Counted from the first letter of the stretch, positions 36,251 to 50,300 are shown. The stretch: 64,000 nt of DNA from Chara braunii (GCA_003427395.1 BFEA01000017.1:2740635-2804634); one strand, 5' to 3'. The notes: generated by a model from the sequence alone, not told the origin. Program-made: numbers and translations.

Positions 36251-37121
36251 AGAGGCGTTTCGTTGGTAACCCAAATACGCTGAACCCATGGGTCAAACAT
36301 AGGAGGCGCATACTCAAGGTCCTCGACTACCGTGACGGCCTCTAAATCCGGCGCCACGTCTGAGTCAAGGAATGTCGATGCATAAAATGATAATAACATG
36401 ACACTAAATACTAAATTATTTAGAAACTTTCAATTAGTAGAATATGACAAACAAGGAGAAAGAAGCCGCCAGTATCGTTCCAACACCGTCGACGGCAAAA
36501 CCAAGAGGGATAGCCTCTTCGGGCCCTCAGACCCCACGGTTCCTTCACGTTGCTCTGACATTTCCGCATCACCACCGCTCGATCTTGACCCCTGAATCTT
36601 ATAGTCGGAAGTCCAATACCATAACCAATAGTACTAGGCCCAAAGTTGGGTCTTAGTATTGACTGACACCTAAATAAACGGATACTGCGCAACGCGCAGA
36701 CCTACCAAAATGCTTTCAAAATCACGTTGTTGTCAATGCCGTCCTCCGTACGTACGCATAAGTTGTAGGCAAGCACACCAATCAAGGGACAAAATCCTTT
36801 TAATCCTAGTTTAATTAGAAAATAAAAATTCGGTCAGCGATCACGCCAGCTCTTCAATTATCAACAAATAAAAAGTCCAAAAAACATCCTGAGGTTTGAA
36901 TATGAGCCTCGAATCTCGCTATGTGCTGGAACACCTCGGACGGTACGAAGTACGTGCGCCTCAAGTCCGCGTGCCGACACACTGTTTAAATTAGTCAGCC
37001 ATCCAGTCAACGTAAATCACAGCGGCGACTCGCACACTATACTTAAACTTTTAAACCAATTTACTTTCTATCGCTTGCAAAATACAGGGCAGATACCCTT
37101 GTAAGGGTACTTGCACCGACA

Positions 37122-37395
37122 ACGCCCTTGTGGAAATGTATACAGTAAGCAGATCAAGAGCGCTGGGAGGGGGGGGGGACCTATTCATCTGGCAAGACAA
37201 GGCTGACATCTTCCGAATACGGGTTCTGGGGAGGGTGAGGAAGCCTGCGTTTTTAGTCTGACATGAGGATTCAAGACCTCCCCTTTAACCTTCTGGAACG
37301 GAAGTGGAAACCCACAGGGCGCAAAGCTAACCCCCCCGCTTTAATCAGTCTTCAGAAGCTGACAGTGAAGTCCACATACAAAATGCTCAGACCCA
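37122..37395 (+). mobile_element. LINE ORF2 continuation (part 2)
   Basis: In frame with 29205 after LTR removal; LQKLTVKSTYKMLRP is typical of the region just before zf-RVT. Confidence 0.65.
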
Positions 37396-40300
37396 AACAC
37401 CATTTTTCAATTTATATGCCATTATCAAGTCGAATACACCGCCAAAACACGCCTCTTCACATTAATGCTGGAAGAGCCTCAACCATTGCCGCTGTGGAGA
37501 CAACTTCCCTTTACAATTAAAGTGCAGTACGAGCAAGGGGCATTGATTGCTTCCCCAACAGGGAAGGATTAAGCCCGCTCCATCCAAAAATCGAACTCTA
37601 CCCTACTATAGACAACCAGAAGATGATGAACCATACAATGTTAAGGAAAGAGGGGAAACTATAGCAGGGCTAAGAAAATCGAGCACAATCTGAATCGTAA
37701 CTAAACCTAAGTGATTGTGACAAGTGATCGACCGAACCCACGACTTCGTACCTCCACACATATTGACACAGGGACGATCCAGAAGGGAGAAGACTCATTA
37801 ATATGAAGAGACTAGTTTGTAATTAGCAACCCTTCCAATAAAACTCATGCCATCCTTCATGCACACGAATCAACACAACAATGATCCTGAGGGGAGGGCA
37901 GTTGTTGGTCGAAAATTTGAAACCACACTCAGCAGCCCTCTCGCAGGTAACCCAAGCTAGGTCACAGCAAAATGATGTGAAACACATAAAACGGTTGCTA
38001 ACCTTTGTACATGATATAAAACAGGCGGGGAGGTGATATGGTATCACTCGACAGATATCCCACCCTACCTCCCCCGAAATCGCACGGAAAAGATTCATCG
38101 CCATGCCTTTCCTCACCCCCGCGCCGAATCAGCATCCTCTCATGGTGCATAGAAAGCCTACAAAGATAAACAAAAAGCACCATGAAACTACCAACCAAGA
38201 GCCCTCGCCCTCCCTTCAGTCCCAACAGGAAGGCAAAATTCTCAGAGAAATGCCCATGCAAAGTGAAAACCAAGGGAGACGAAGTTGTGCTTACCCTAGC
38301 GAATGTTTCTGCGTGAGATGTTGTTGGCATGTTCGCCACTATACTCGTTGTTGACAAAATATTTATTGTCGAGAGTTGAATGGTAGATGCCATTGTCGTG
38401 AGCGTTGTTGCCGTTGTTGATGTGATTGTCGTTTTTGCAAATGTCGTCGTCATAGGCGCCGTTGATATTGCTGATGTTGTTGATGTGATTATCGTTGTTG
38501 CAGATGCCATCATCGTGAGCGTCGTCGCAGTTGTTGAAGCGTTTGTCATTGTTGTAGATATCATTGTCCCAGCCGTTGCCGGTGGTGATGAAGTTGTTGT
38601 CACTGTTTTGTGTGTCATTGATGAAACACCTGCTGATATTTTGCCACTGACCACATTTGTATCTGACGACGTCGCCACTGGTGTAGTAGTCATTATCGTT
38701 GTTGTTGATTTAAACTCGGTAGAATAAGTGATGGTAGGATTGGAGACACCAGCCTGCAGCTGAGCTTCGATCGTCAACCTCTCCTTCATCTCATCGTAGT
38801 AATCTACACCCTAGTCGAAAATCATGTTACAATTGTTTATCAGAGTCTCAGCCTGCTGCCAATCAACAAAAGCCTCCAGTGTTTGATCCTCCTCAATCTG
38901 CCAGAGGATAGTTGAAAGATGTTGGCACTTGTCCTCCAACCATGTGGCTGGGGTAGGACCCCCCCAATCCACCATCGGCCAGGCCTGGACAATGGAGGAC
39001 AAGACTCCGGCAATCTGTTGCATACGTTGTTGTGTATCTTCCAGCTCAGACAACCATGCGTCTGCGTGGGGTTGAAGATCCTCTGGTGAAGCCATCTCTT
39101 GTAGAACCGCCACGTGTGTTAATCCCTGCGCAAGGACGCCTTCTGCACGTTGACCACGAGATGCCGCCATCTCGCCCATATCTCCACCTGCCCCATCAGT
39201 CAATCTCAGTAAACGGGTGTGCCAACTCTCTCATCGGTGTGCAGTTTCTGGGGGGGGGAATTGGAAGACCAGCTTGTTGTAGTGATGTAACGCTACCGGG
39301 AGCGCTACGCCCATCCGGACCGGAACGACAAGTGCACTAATGCGCGTTGAGACGCGAAGCTACGATGACGCTTTCATGAGGGCATAACGGGTCAATATCG
39401 TGTGTGGCGATGACGCTTCTTAGAGATTTTGGTGGATGTGGAGACATGAGGGACGTGTGGTTTGAGTAGCCGTGTGGGGGGGGGGGCACGTGGCATAGGG
39501 TTATGATGACACACTTTTTGTCCTCTGTGTTTAATCTCTGTCTCTCGCTTCTCCGGTTCTTTGTTGTCATGGATCGTTGGATTTGGACTGAATTCTCTGT
39601 GAAGCTGTGTTGACGGGCTTGACGTGGTCATTCACAACACAATTGCGTTCGGGGAGTAAAAGGAAGGCGGGGCCGTCCCAATAATCTCTTCTGGTTGGTG
39701 CACTTTACCGTAGGGTTATACTAGCACCGACTGTAGGGAGGAGGAGTGACTCCTTCTACAGGAAGAGGCAGGGGTTGAGTTTGGCGGTTGGGCAACTGGA
39801 CAAGGGGACTGCGAGAACGGAATTGTGCGTGATGGTTTGTAGTGATTGGTGATTTCAGGTGAAGTTCAAGGTGGCGTCATGTAGCGACGAAAGCTCTGAG
39901 TACAACATTTGTTTTAGAATTTAACCCTAAGTACTAATCCGATAGATGATTTGATTATTAGGGATGTCTCAATGGTGTTTTCAAAATTGAAACCTAGTTT
40001 ATTTCCTGATATTCTTTGGATAGTGAATTGAATGTTGCCGAACTCAACATCCGACAGATGATCTGTAAATCTGATTTTTGTCTGATTCTCAATTCGTAAT
40101 TTCTTTTTTTCATAGGTTGATGGTCGAAGTTTATAATTGACTATTTTGTTTTGTACTCATATAACCATCTAAATTAGTCTTTAGATTATAACATCTGGTA
40201 AATTTTCTGAGCTACTTTCTGTCTCAAATCCCGAAAGAACAATTATAGTCGGGTATTCTAATTCGTAAAATTTTCATACTTTCTGGCAGGAAATTCATAA

Positions 40301-41685
40301 GTATACTCTAATGTTGATCTTCAAAAAACCGATCGAAAGTTCTATTCGTACATCCAACTCGTAAACGCTAATAATATTTCATATAGGTTTTCTTAATTTC
40401 GCTGTAGATCGATTTTCTAAGTGTCATGATTCAATTTTCTAATCTGTCATGATTCGTGATGAATTATGCCTAATCTAATGACCTTGGTTACTTTGATGAT
40501 TTTGTTTTAAACTTTCAACTTCGACGTGATTTTCCATGTTCTAATTCTTGTTTCCTGATAAGGCTTCTCTCATTGGAGACTGTTAGCAAATCTTGTTAGG
40601 TGTGTTTGTTGTTGTCATGATTGCAGATATGTGGTTCTTCGATGCTAGAACGACGCTGGTCGGTGCTGGGGTGTTGCCCTTTAACCTGCGAAGCAGGAGC
40701 ATGAGGCCTGGTAGAGAGATTTGGGGATGCTTAGGGGCGGGCATCTCACAGAACAATCAAGGGTTGCTGCTTGGAGGATATCGGTCGGAGCTGGGGTGAG
40801 TTGTGTTGCCCCATAACCTAGCGGTGGGGGTGTGAGGCTGGGCCGACTCAGGTAGAGAGTATGATTGCGTTGGCGAGCCTGAGTAGGGTTCTGCGGTTGT
40901 TCGATGCCGGAACGACGCTAGCCGGTGCTGGGGTGTTGACCCTGTAACTTGTTGACAACAGAAGCTTGAGGCCTGATAGAGAGATCTTGGAGACAATCAA
41001 GACTTCCTATCGAAGACGACACTTGCCGGAAGCGGGGTGAGTTGCTTTGCCCTGTAACCTATAGCGGGGGTGAGAGGCTTGGTAGAACTTGGTACGGAAT
41101 AAGGCAGTGTCTGAGGACTTCGAGGGTGTTAGGACCCTCTGGCGCTTTAGAGTGTTTGGAGACAATTGCTAGGGATTTCGTTGGTGGATAGTCTCCCAAA
41201 TTTACCTTAAATAGAATTGATTTTGGTATAAAAAAAGAGCATGTTTTAGGATTCTAGGGACTCCTAGCAACTCGCTTTAGGCTGTTTGATATTGATATAT
41301 TCATGGATCTGCGGTTGTGCGATGCTAGAACGACGCTGGCCGGTCTCGGGTGTTGCCTTGTAACCTGCTGATTGCAGGAGCGTGAGGCTTGGTAGAGAGA
41401 TCTAGGGATGCTTTGGGGTGGGCATTCCAAGGGACAACCAAGGGTAGTTGTTGGGACGATGCTGTTCGGAGCTGGGGCGAGTCGTGTTGCTTTGAAACCT
41501 AGCTGGGTGGGGGTGTGAGGCCTGGGAGAGCTTGACAGGGAATAAGACAGTGTTGGAGAGTTTTAGAGAGTTTTGTTTGGGAGTCTAGGGGTTTTGAGCA
41601 TTAGAAAAGAGGTGAGTAGTCATTCATATTTTTTTAACCTCTCCTTTAGTTCTCTTAAATTTCTTCAATAGTTAAGAAAAAAGAA
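37396..41685 (+). mobile_element. Unclassified ~4.3-kb insertion in the LINE with an A-rich 3' end and internal subrepeats
   Basis: Separates LINE parts 2 and 3; ends tcttaaatttc..aagaaaaaagaaa, like 15248-15287; three related units (gatgctagaacgacgctggtcggtgctggggtgttgccc..ggtagagagat) at ~40640, ~40905 and ~41320. Confidence 0.55.
37998..39203 (-). pseudogene. ~400-codon ORF with one internal stop: helical N-terminal part followed by a Thr/Ser-rich low-complexity region
   Basis: ORFs 38811-39203 and 37998-38789 share a frame and are separated by a single TAG; no recognisable domain. Confidence 0.4.
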
Positions 41686-43155
41686 AGGATAGAGTAATCG
41701 ACAGGTGGGCAAAGCACCTCAATGTGGACCGCTCCCTTTTGACGCCGATACCTTGGTTCCAAGGCCGAAAAGAAAACCTGTGAAGATCACATTCCCGACA
41801 GTGGCAGATAGCACATCGGTGTCTGCCACCTCCGAACTGGTTGATCGACCATACGAACCTGGGTCAGAAAGGTCGAGCCCTTTCCTGGTGTGCACGGTGC
41901 CTGCGGGCCTTCCCCCCACGAAGCACTGCAGAAACCATTGAGCACATCTTTATGCAATGCCTGACAGCACAACTTGCGTGGCGATGGTGGGACAAAATTT
42001 GGAGAAAGATGGTCCCTGACACTCCATGGCCCTGGACCTGGAGGGCGGTACTGCTAGGATATTGGCCCCAGGCCCAGGAGTTATCCACTTTCACATAAAA
42101 TATGTTTAATATGGGCAGAAGAGCGGTGCTCTGGGGGCTTTGGTGGAAATGTTGCCTCCTGGCCAGGGAGAATATGCAGGTAGAGGGGCCTGAGGTAACG
42201 GAGCAGATCCAACAACAAATCCAGTTGGAGCTAATGAGAAAGTGGCAAGCCTAGCTGGACCTTTTTCGGACTAACCAGGATATTAGGAAGGCAATCTCCT
42301 CCTTAAGGGGTGACTGGCTGGGGGTGGATGGAGGCGGATTAGTGGCGAAAGTTGAGTGGGGTGGTAATAGGGAGGACTAGTGGCGGGAGGAGTTGGCATA
42401 ATGTAGGAACTACCGCCTAATCTTCAATGACTGGACGACCATTGAGCATTCCCTTCTGCTTCGCCCCTCATCAGACTTCCCTGACCCTTCCCCGCCACAC
42501 CTGCTTTCTCTGATTGAGGCGATAGACTGAAGGGCTAATGGCTGGCCTGCTTGGACACCCCCTAGATTGTCTGCATGTATGTGCATGGGTGTGCCTGAAT
42601 CGCTTGCGTGTTGGTACGTTTGACCCGGGAGGGCAGTGCCCTTGCTCAATCCTACCCTGCTTTGCTTTCCAACATCTTGATGCCCTCCACTGGAGTATAC
42701 CCCTTGTCATCTCACAATGACAGACGACAGAGCACCCCACACCTTCGGTGCCCCTTCGGGGGCCAGCGTGACTCTGTTGCAATGTTCGCGCCACAAATAG
42801 TGGTCCTTTGCTTAGTCAGAAGCAGTCCACTCAGTTAATCCCCAGGGTTCTCCCCGGGCAATCAATGCTGGTGGAGTTAGGAGCCTCACAAACCCTTTCT
42901 ATATTTTTATCTAAATTCCTTGTAAATGGGACGCTGGACCCGGTTTCCAGCAGGTGTTATTCCCCACCAAGAGACGGAGCCTCGGTTAAACCACCAGTAC
43001 TTGCTAGAGTCGTGCCCGTCAATGCGCCACGATTTTAGTGAACATACGGGCTACTGCAAGAGTGCCCAAATTCATCCGACTAGAAACGTTCCTACTCTAT
43101 TTTTTTCCGCGGCCGATAGCTGGGCGAAGTACTGGTGGTTCCAAAAAAAATAAAA
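41686..43155 (+). mobile_element. LINE 3' end (part 3): zf-RVT, 3' UTR and A tail
   Basis: WCARC..ETIEHIFMQC..WRWW motif; 3' UTR hairpin at 42928; A-rich tail from 43143. Confidence 0.8.
42990..43139. mobile_element. 150-bp element with ACCACCAGTAC ends; TTAA on the left side only
   Basis: Ends accaccagtactt / aagtactggtggt; flanks TTAA (42986-42989) and TCCA (43140-43143). Confidence 0.75.
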
Positions 43156-43178
43156 AATTTATAAGAGGTAAAGCCGAT

Positions 43179-43345
43179 CTTTTTTTTTTTTTCCCAAAAG
43201 AGCGATGGCCTTGAGATATCACCAGTGAACGGACTGGCCCAAGGTAAATTCAAAATGTTTTTAATTTGGTCATCTGACTGTAACTGGATTCGAACTTGGG
43301 TTTGTACTTCAACAGTTCGTGGTTGTACCAGCTGAGCTAGGCCTA
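43179..43345 (-). mobile_element. tRNA-derived SINE
   Basis: Minus strand: TAGCTCAGCTGGTA (A box), AGTTCGAATCC (B box), a ~90-nt body, then poly(A). Confidence 0.65.
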
Positions 43346-43790
43346 AGCTGATCTATGTAGGCAACCAATGATCCATTGGCCTCGTATAAAGAGCTGCCTA
43401 ATTTATTGATTTATTCTTTTTTCTTTTTTCAAGAAACATCCGCGTGGGACAGCTTGAGGTGCTGCTAGGAGCAGTCGCCTCAAGCTTTCCCGGGGTGGCT
43501 CCATCTATTGGTGGGGAGCAACACCTGCTGAGAAGCGTGTCCGATGTCCCCTGCTTTTTTTTTTTTCTTCTAAACAAACACTCCAATCTATTCGTGCGGA
43601 GCAGCACGTGCTGGGAACCGGGCCCAGCGTCCCATATCGACTTGTACATATTATTTGAGATCCTTTGAGATATCCGGGCCATAACCCAGCTTCGGCTGAG
43701 AACAGTCTGAGAACAGTCTGAGAACATGATGTGATTCAGAAAACATGAAAGGAGTCATGAATATCTCATGACCTATTAAGGAACTATTAA

Positions 43791-44126
43791 AACACCAGTA
43801 CTTGGCCCAACTATCGAATCTGAGCCTTGGCCGATCGGTATGCCAAGCCGTGTCGTGGCTCGGACTACCGGGCGCTGCCTTCCCAGACCTGTGCGCAAAG
43901 AGGGGGGACCAAAAATAAGAGAAAATGAACTAAAAACCATTTTTTTTTTTAAGTTCTTTTTTTTTTTTCAAAGTTCTTCTCATCATTCCCTCACGGTACT
44001 TCTTCGCTATGGGTCCCTCGCATGTACTTTCTGACAAAACTAACCCAAAAAGGAAAACGAAAAAAAAATAAAAAAATAAAAAAAAATCACAATAAAACAA
44101 ACCGTTCAACTTTTGTTGCATACCGT

Positions 44127-44189
<63 letters not shown>

Positions 44190-44259
44190 CATATCGGGAA
44201 CGCATCTTCCCGCGAAAGCAGGAAGATTCGTTCCTTTTTTGCACTTGGCAAGGCGCACG

Positions 44260-44320
<61 letters not shown>
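43791..44320. mobile_element. Partial inverted copy of the 10079-11285 family
   Basis: TTAA at 43787-43790, then aacaccagtacttgg..; 43791-43875 aligns to the reverse complement of 11200-11285; shares the palindromic atcttcc-gcgaaag-ggaagattc motif and GA runs. Confidence 0.7.
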
Positions 44321-44321
<1 letters not shown>

Positions 44322-44699
44322 AGGAAAAACAAAAAGTGAAAAGAGAGAAAAACAAATAAGTATGTGGGCAAGCAAGTTTTGACACCACCATCTTTGCCGA
44401 TTTTTCATTTTTATTCGCCTAAACAAAATGACTTCAAAATTATGAGGGGGATACCTTACATCACAAAGAGCTCATAAAAACAACTTCAGAAAAAAAAAAT
44501 AATATTTAGGTATCAAAATATTTTTTTCGGGGTCCGAACCCCTTCAGGTTCGAGCCACGTACGGGGACCCGAACGCCCGAACGTTCGGGGGTCAGCTTAG
44601 GGGCCTCCGTACGTTCGATCCGACAATCCAGACTATTATATTATTATTATTATTATTACTATTATTATTGTTATTATTATTACTATTATTATTATTATT

Positions 44700-46719
44700 A
44701 TTTGTTGATTCATTCCTATACCATTTGTTCTGATGTGATTTTCAGCACAATCATACATGTGCATATAAACCCCGTGCCTGGTAAGAGCCATGATCGCCTT
44801 CGTGCATGCTGGTCTAGAGCAAGTCCAAGTTCAGGCAGGGTCATCTAGACGGGAGGACAGAAAGGATGCAATGAAAAGGTAGAGAGAAAAACAGAAGGGG
44901 AGAAGGCGGAAAAGTGAATGAAGGTAATAATAAGAAGAAAGAATAAAGGAGATGAGAAAGAAAAATAAAGACATGAAACGAGAAAGGACTTCGCATGTTT
45001 TCTCATTCTCATCCTGTAAACCCTTGTTTGTATTGCCCTCAACTGCTTTGTACCTAATGAATGTATGGATATAGAATAGTGGTTCAAAACGGGTAATACG
45101 ATAAGACTCATGTGTGAGGAACATCCTATTACTCGTCTATACATACATACATACGTATCTAAGATTGTAAGGTTGATAAAACAGAAGTGGGGTACCCTTG
45201 TGTAGATAATCCCATGGTCTGTCTGAGTGTAAACCAAAAACAAGTGGTAGGATACTCATGTGTGAGTCATCCTACAACTTTATCGAATCGATACAGAATA
45301 GTAAGTATGAGATGAAGGCTCCAGTTATGGTCTTCTTACGACATACTTACATTTGATCGGACTATATTAAAGTCCTCTGTTAGAATTGAAGTTCATATTG
45401 TTGAACTTCATGTAAGGTTATGTCGATAGCGAGGGAGGTGTTGAGACCTTGTGGACCTGTGTGTGATTGCAGGTCACCTCAACTATCAAGAGGACTCATT
45501 ACGAGTCTATGCAAGACTGCATGTTGTTGGCTTGTGGTAACAAGTTGGTACGCCAACTCAACCCTCACTCATCCATGACACCCACACTTTGCATCAACCT
45601 TTGCACTAAATGACATTTCTGATTTCGAGTCAGTGTCTGAAGGGTCTGTCTTTGCACAAAAGAGGTCCTTAAATCACGGAGTCGAAAAAGGAATGTCTGG
45701 CAGAGGGGTTTGGAAACACAAGTGTAATGTGTGTGAAAGTGAATGCATTGTTAACTCTGTTAGGATTGTGAAATGTTTTTGTTTTGTCTGTCATTCACTC
45801 AACTCGCATTGCAGAACTTATGCTTACTTGAACCTGGACTCAGACACTTCTTCGATGCTTAACCTTTGAATATTTGGTTTGGTTATTCAGACTTCACGCT
45901 TTCCTGATGATAAGTAGATTATGATAATTAGCAAAGACTGAGAGCCTTATTTATGTCATTTCTTTGAAAGGTCACAAGTCTATCTTTTATTTATGATGCA
46001 TGTTTGAGAGGTCATGAGCCTACCTTTATTTTGATGCACCTTTGAAAGGTCATGAGTCTACGTTTGTTTGTGATGTTTGTTTGAAAGGTCAAGAGCCTAT
46101 TGATTGTTTCTTTTGCAACAACCAAAACTCTGTTCATTCTGATGTTTGTCTTTGCGTTTGTGTAAAAAATGTAAAAGACATCTCATTTTGCCCTTAAGTC
46201 TCAACCTTGGAACTATATTCTTTATGTGTGTATCGATTCGGAAGAATTTATATAGCATATATAATTTACGGGTTAAGTTCAGATAGAATATGATATAGCA
46301 TGCGCGAAAGATTGTCATTCAAGTCGACCCGAATAGTAAGTCGGTCCGGGAGATCAGTGCTCCGATGCCCGACACGTAAACGGATCAGTCTTAGGCATTC
46401 AACCTCGTGTATACCTATGCTACGGTGATCGAGCAAACACCCTCGACCGACTTACCTCTGCAATTGCAAGTAAAATCTTTCGTACGTGAGTCGGTAGCTC
46501 AGCAAGGATACACCTACCTAAGGGTGGTGACAACCCCTTGTGTAGAGGTGAGTTGTACCTCGCGGAGCTCTGTCGTGTCGCAGGGAGCTGCGAGAGGTAT
46601 AGATGACACGCACGGTCGGAGTGGTATTTTCATTGACTCAAAACAATACCTTAATCCTTAGTGACACAACAGTGAGGTCCTACGCTCGCCGCAGGGTGTG
46701 GGACCGTTGTTGCCCGACA
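44700..46719 (+). mobile_element. 3' part of a related long LTR in the opposite orientation; left boundary uncertain
   Basis: 46480-46719 is the reverse-complement homolog of 47316-47560 and ends CCCGACA followed by acgt; ~40-bp tandem repeats at 45940-46100. Confidence 0.6.
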
Positions 46720-46849
46720 ACGTGCTGGGAGTTGGGCCCAGGATCCCATTCAAGAACATATTAAGAAACATCTGCAAGACAATTTGAGATACCGAAGCCA
46801 TTACCCGTCTTCGGCTATGAATGATAGTTTTACACTTCAAACAGCAAGA

Positions 46850-47315
46850 GGTTGTGAAAAGACTACAAATCTACTGAAGAAAGTTTGGATTCTATGAGCC
46901 TATTTGATAGAGATTGCATAGTCTATTCTACAACCTACTCATCAAATACACAAAACTCAGAAAAACTATGAGAAACCACTACAATTTTTGAACCATGCGA
47001 GTTTCCAAACCGAAAACAACCTACCTTGGTGCCTTTCAGCAACCCAACCTTAACCTACCTTAACCCCTGTATCCCAGTACTCAATCTCAACAAAGCCCTT
47101 TACCCCCAACTGCTAGGTTACAAAGTGGCACGACCCACCCCGGAACAATCCCCCACCTGCTAGGCTACAGGGCGAAGCGACCCGCCCCGGCTCCGCCCAG
47201 CGTAGACAAAGTACCAGCTTACCAATAGACACTAGAGTGTCTTCCTCCCTAATAACTCCCCAGATCTCTCTACCAGGTCCCATGCCCCCGTACAACTCGA
47301 GTTACAGGGCAGCGC
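46850..47315 (-). repeat. Fragment of the 40640-41640 repeat family; the target of the LTR at 47316
   Basis: ccccagatctctctaccaggtcccatgc..gttacagggcagc is the reverse complement of the 40640-type unit. Confidence 0.6.
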
Positions 47316-50300
47316 TGTCGCGCGCGGCGGTCCCGCACCCCACTGGGAGCGCTGAACCTCACGGTCGTGTCACGCAAGATATATTCTTGAGGAAGAACCA
47401 GTCACCACTCCGATCGTGCGCGCGTGCTATACCTCTCACGACACCCCACGACTGGTCGGGGAGCCGCGAGGTACAACTTACCTCTACCCGAGGGGCTGTC
47501 ACCACCCTCAAGTAGGTGTATCCCTGCTGAGCTACCGGCCTTCATGCAAAGGCTTTTACGTTCCCTTGTAGAGGTAGGTCGGCCAAGGGCGTTTGCTCGA
47601 TCGATGTAGCAAAAAACGGGGTACACGTGGTAAAACGCCTAGAACTGACCTGTTAGATATTCAAGTCGAACTTTTAATAAAGCAGTCTATTTTCGCTACT
47701 GCGTAATGTATTATTCTTTCGACGAACATCAACCAAATGTTCTTTCTACCAAAGAGCGTCCTAACTTTCTTAACAGGTTAGGACTTAACTGAACATCATA
47801 ATAGTTAAGTTGGACATATGATGAATATGGAAGTATTACCGCCGAGAACCCTTCCCACTTTCAAAAGTGTTGTGTGTTCGAAACTCTTCAACAGACCAGG
47901 TTCAGTTCAATCCAAAGTCACGCACAAACCAGACCTGCATAGAATAATGCAAAGACAGTTCACATGCCATGCACTAACGGAGTCAACCATCAACCATTGA
48001 CCATGTCCCTCACTTCCGAAAACCGTGTATGGCAGCCTTGTCTTTCCTGAGACGTAAGCCCAACCCCCTCACATTTCTTCAAAGGATCCTTGAGGGTGAC
48101 CATGACCATTTAGGCAATGACCACAGGTGACAGTTTTACTGACCACAGGGTTTGACTTTAGAGGTGGGTATCAAGTCAAAGGGGGAAAGTTGAATCGGTA
48201 AAAACCGACCTGTTATCGAGAGATAACATAAAATTTGGGTCCTTTCTGTAGAACCTCTTCCTTGAAATGCAATAGATGAACAGAGACCTGCACACACACA
48301 GATGAACAAATATTCAACACCCCCACTTGATTCCCACATATTGACATCTAAGGGTCAAACCCTTAGACATGGGTAGTGAACTCTGGGATCGACGCCTCAA
48401 GTCTAATCCATAGTCTCACTCTTACACCCCTACCCTAAGCCGCCTGTCACTCTCTCCTTTCTCTCAAGGAGTCTCATACCTGTGTCCTAAATCGTCTTAA
48501 GGAAACTCATATTTCCCCTACTCTCGGTCCTTGCAATTTCTCTCTTGGAGATAAGCGCACCGTTTTGGCGCGTATGTAGTCGAGACATAACTCTTTCATC
48601 GTTGTGGCCTTCCATCCGAAAACCATGGACAACTATGGACTACGCAGTGGTTCTTAAGCTTCTTTCTCCCGCGGTCCTAATATATTTCCTTGTTCCTTTT
48701 CAGGATACGTGAAGACCTTGCTCCAACATGAGTATTGTTCATTCCTTTCTCTTCAATTTGTCCTGACATACTCAAGTAGTAGATCGATTCAGAAATGAAT
48801 CTTCTGCTACTTAGTAGCAAGATAGCTCACACATGAGCATCCTTCCTACAACAAATAGTCGAGGCTCCTACAGAAGCACCCTACTACTTGTTTTAGGTAT
48901 CATTCTGAAGGATCTTGATGTCAGCCCTTTCTCAGAGCTTCATCACGGTTTTCGTGAATAATAGGCGACCCGCATAAGAGCCTTTTATTATCACGTGACA
49001 AGGTCCACTTCATGAGAGCATTAGGATAATCCTGATAAGGGTATCTTGTTGCCCTTCGGAAGCTGACCGTCCTGACACCGGGTTAGTTTGGACAGAAGAC
49101 GAGTGTTTAGGGTATTCCTACAGGAGTACCCTCTTAGCGAGTTAGTACAGAATCAAGTAGGTAATAGACAAACCCCAACGGAGGCCCCTCTACTAATTTC
49201 CTTGGGTAATGAGTAGTCCAACCGTTAAACAAGTAATAGGGTGACTCCTACAGAAGCCTCCCCTCTACCGGTTTGGTGGTCGGACTATGAGAGAGCAAAT
49301 AAGCTGGGAAAGGATGAGTAGGAATGTGACTTCCTACTCTTTGCAGATTGTTAGTCATCCTTAAACTCAAGCTCGTAAATAGCACGACCGTCCCTGGAGC
49401 CTTCCTTATTATTTTTAAGAGTCAGACCCCTCTTTCCGTCACGACGACAGTCGCTCCGGTAGATGGTAAGGTAACTCACACATGAGTACCTAGTTTACTT
49501 TATAAGTTGATGTTAGACATCCTTTTCCGTCACGACAACAACCGATCGGGTAAGGCAGTGAGGCAACCCACACATGAGTGCGTAAGTTAACTCATAGTCA
49601 GTGTCAGAACCCTCCTCCCGTCACGAGGACAACCGATCTGGTAGAGAGTACTAATTTTAGTTCATAAGTATTTTGCTTGTACCCTCGTCCCATCACGACG
49701 ACATCTGATCCGGTAGGGTGTACTTAGATTAGTTTGTAAGTTTATTGTCAGATACCCCCTTCCCGACACGACGACATTCGTTACGGTAGAGAGTACTTAC
49801 TTCAGTTTATAAGTTATTGTCAGATACCCCCTTCCCGTCACGACGACAATCGTTACGGTAGAGAGTGCCTACTTTAGTTTATAAGTCATTGTTAGTACGC
49901 TCCTCCCATCACGACGACAGTCGATCTGGTAGAGAGTGCCGAATCGAGTTCATAAGTTATAGTCAGATACCCCCTTCTCGTCACGACGACAGCCGTTACG
50001 GTCGAGGATACCCGATTTAGTACATAAGCTATTGTTAGTACCCCTTTTTCCATCACGACGACAACCGATCTGGTAAGGAGTATTTGAATTAGTTCATAAG
50101 TGTTTGTTTTGTACCCTCGTCTGTTGACCTTAGTCCTGAAGAAACATAAAATGGTATATCACAAGTCATGCAGGCAGTCCTAATAGAAAGGCATAGCCTG
50201 TAGGGGTATATGGAAAATGGTAAGGTGATGCGTACCTCATAGTTCCCTGCCTCCAGAGATCCTCCTGAACTCCGGCAGAGCTCCCGCAATCGCCCTGTTT

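Larger units (their letters stand above)
29206..37121 (-). mobile_element. Giant solo LTR (~7.9 kb including small nested inserts), probably Ty3/gypsy type
   Basis: TGTCG at 29206, CGACA ending 37121; 4-bp TSD acgt/acgc; excision restores the LINE frame TQDVLVEMY; the first ~250 bp are homologous to LTR ends at 47316, 59374 and (inverted) 46719. Orientation inferred from the PBS at 59352. Confidence 0.72.

Noticed and set aside
29206-46719. One 17.5-kb TIR transposon bounded by inverted ends with ACGT on both sides
   Set aside because: The LINE frame resumes at 37122, so the first unit ends at 37121; the inverted end at 46719 is a separate, diverged LTR.
49425-50120. CRISPR-like appearance of the 72-bp arrays (also 61590-62490)
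   Set aside because: The would-be spacers are homologous to each other, the repeats are degenerate, there are no cas genes, and the context is a eukaryotic LTR.
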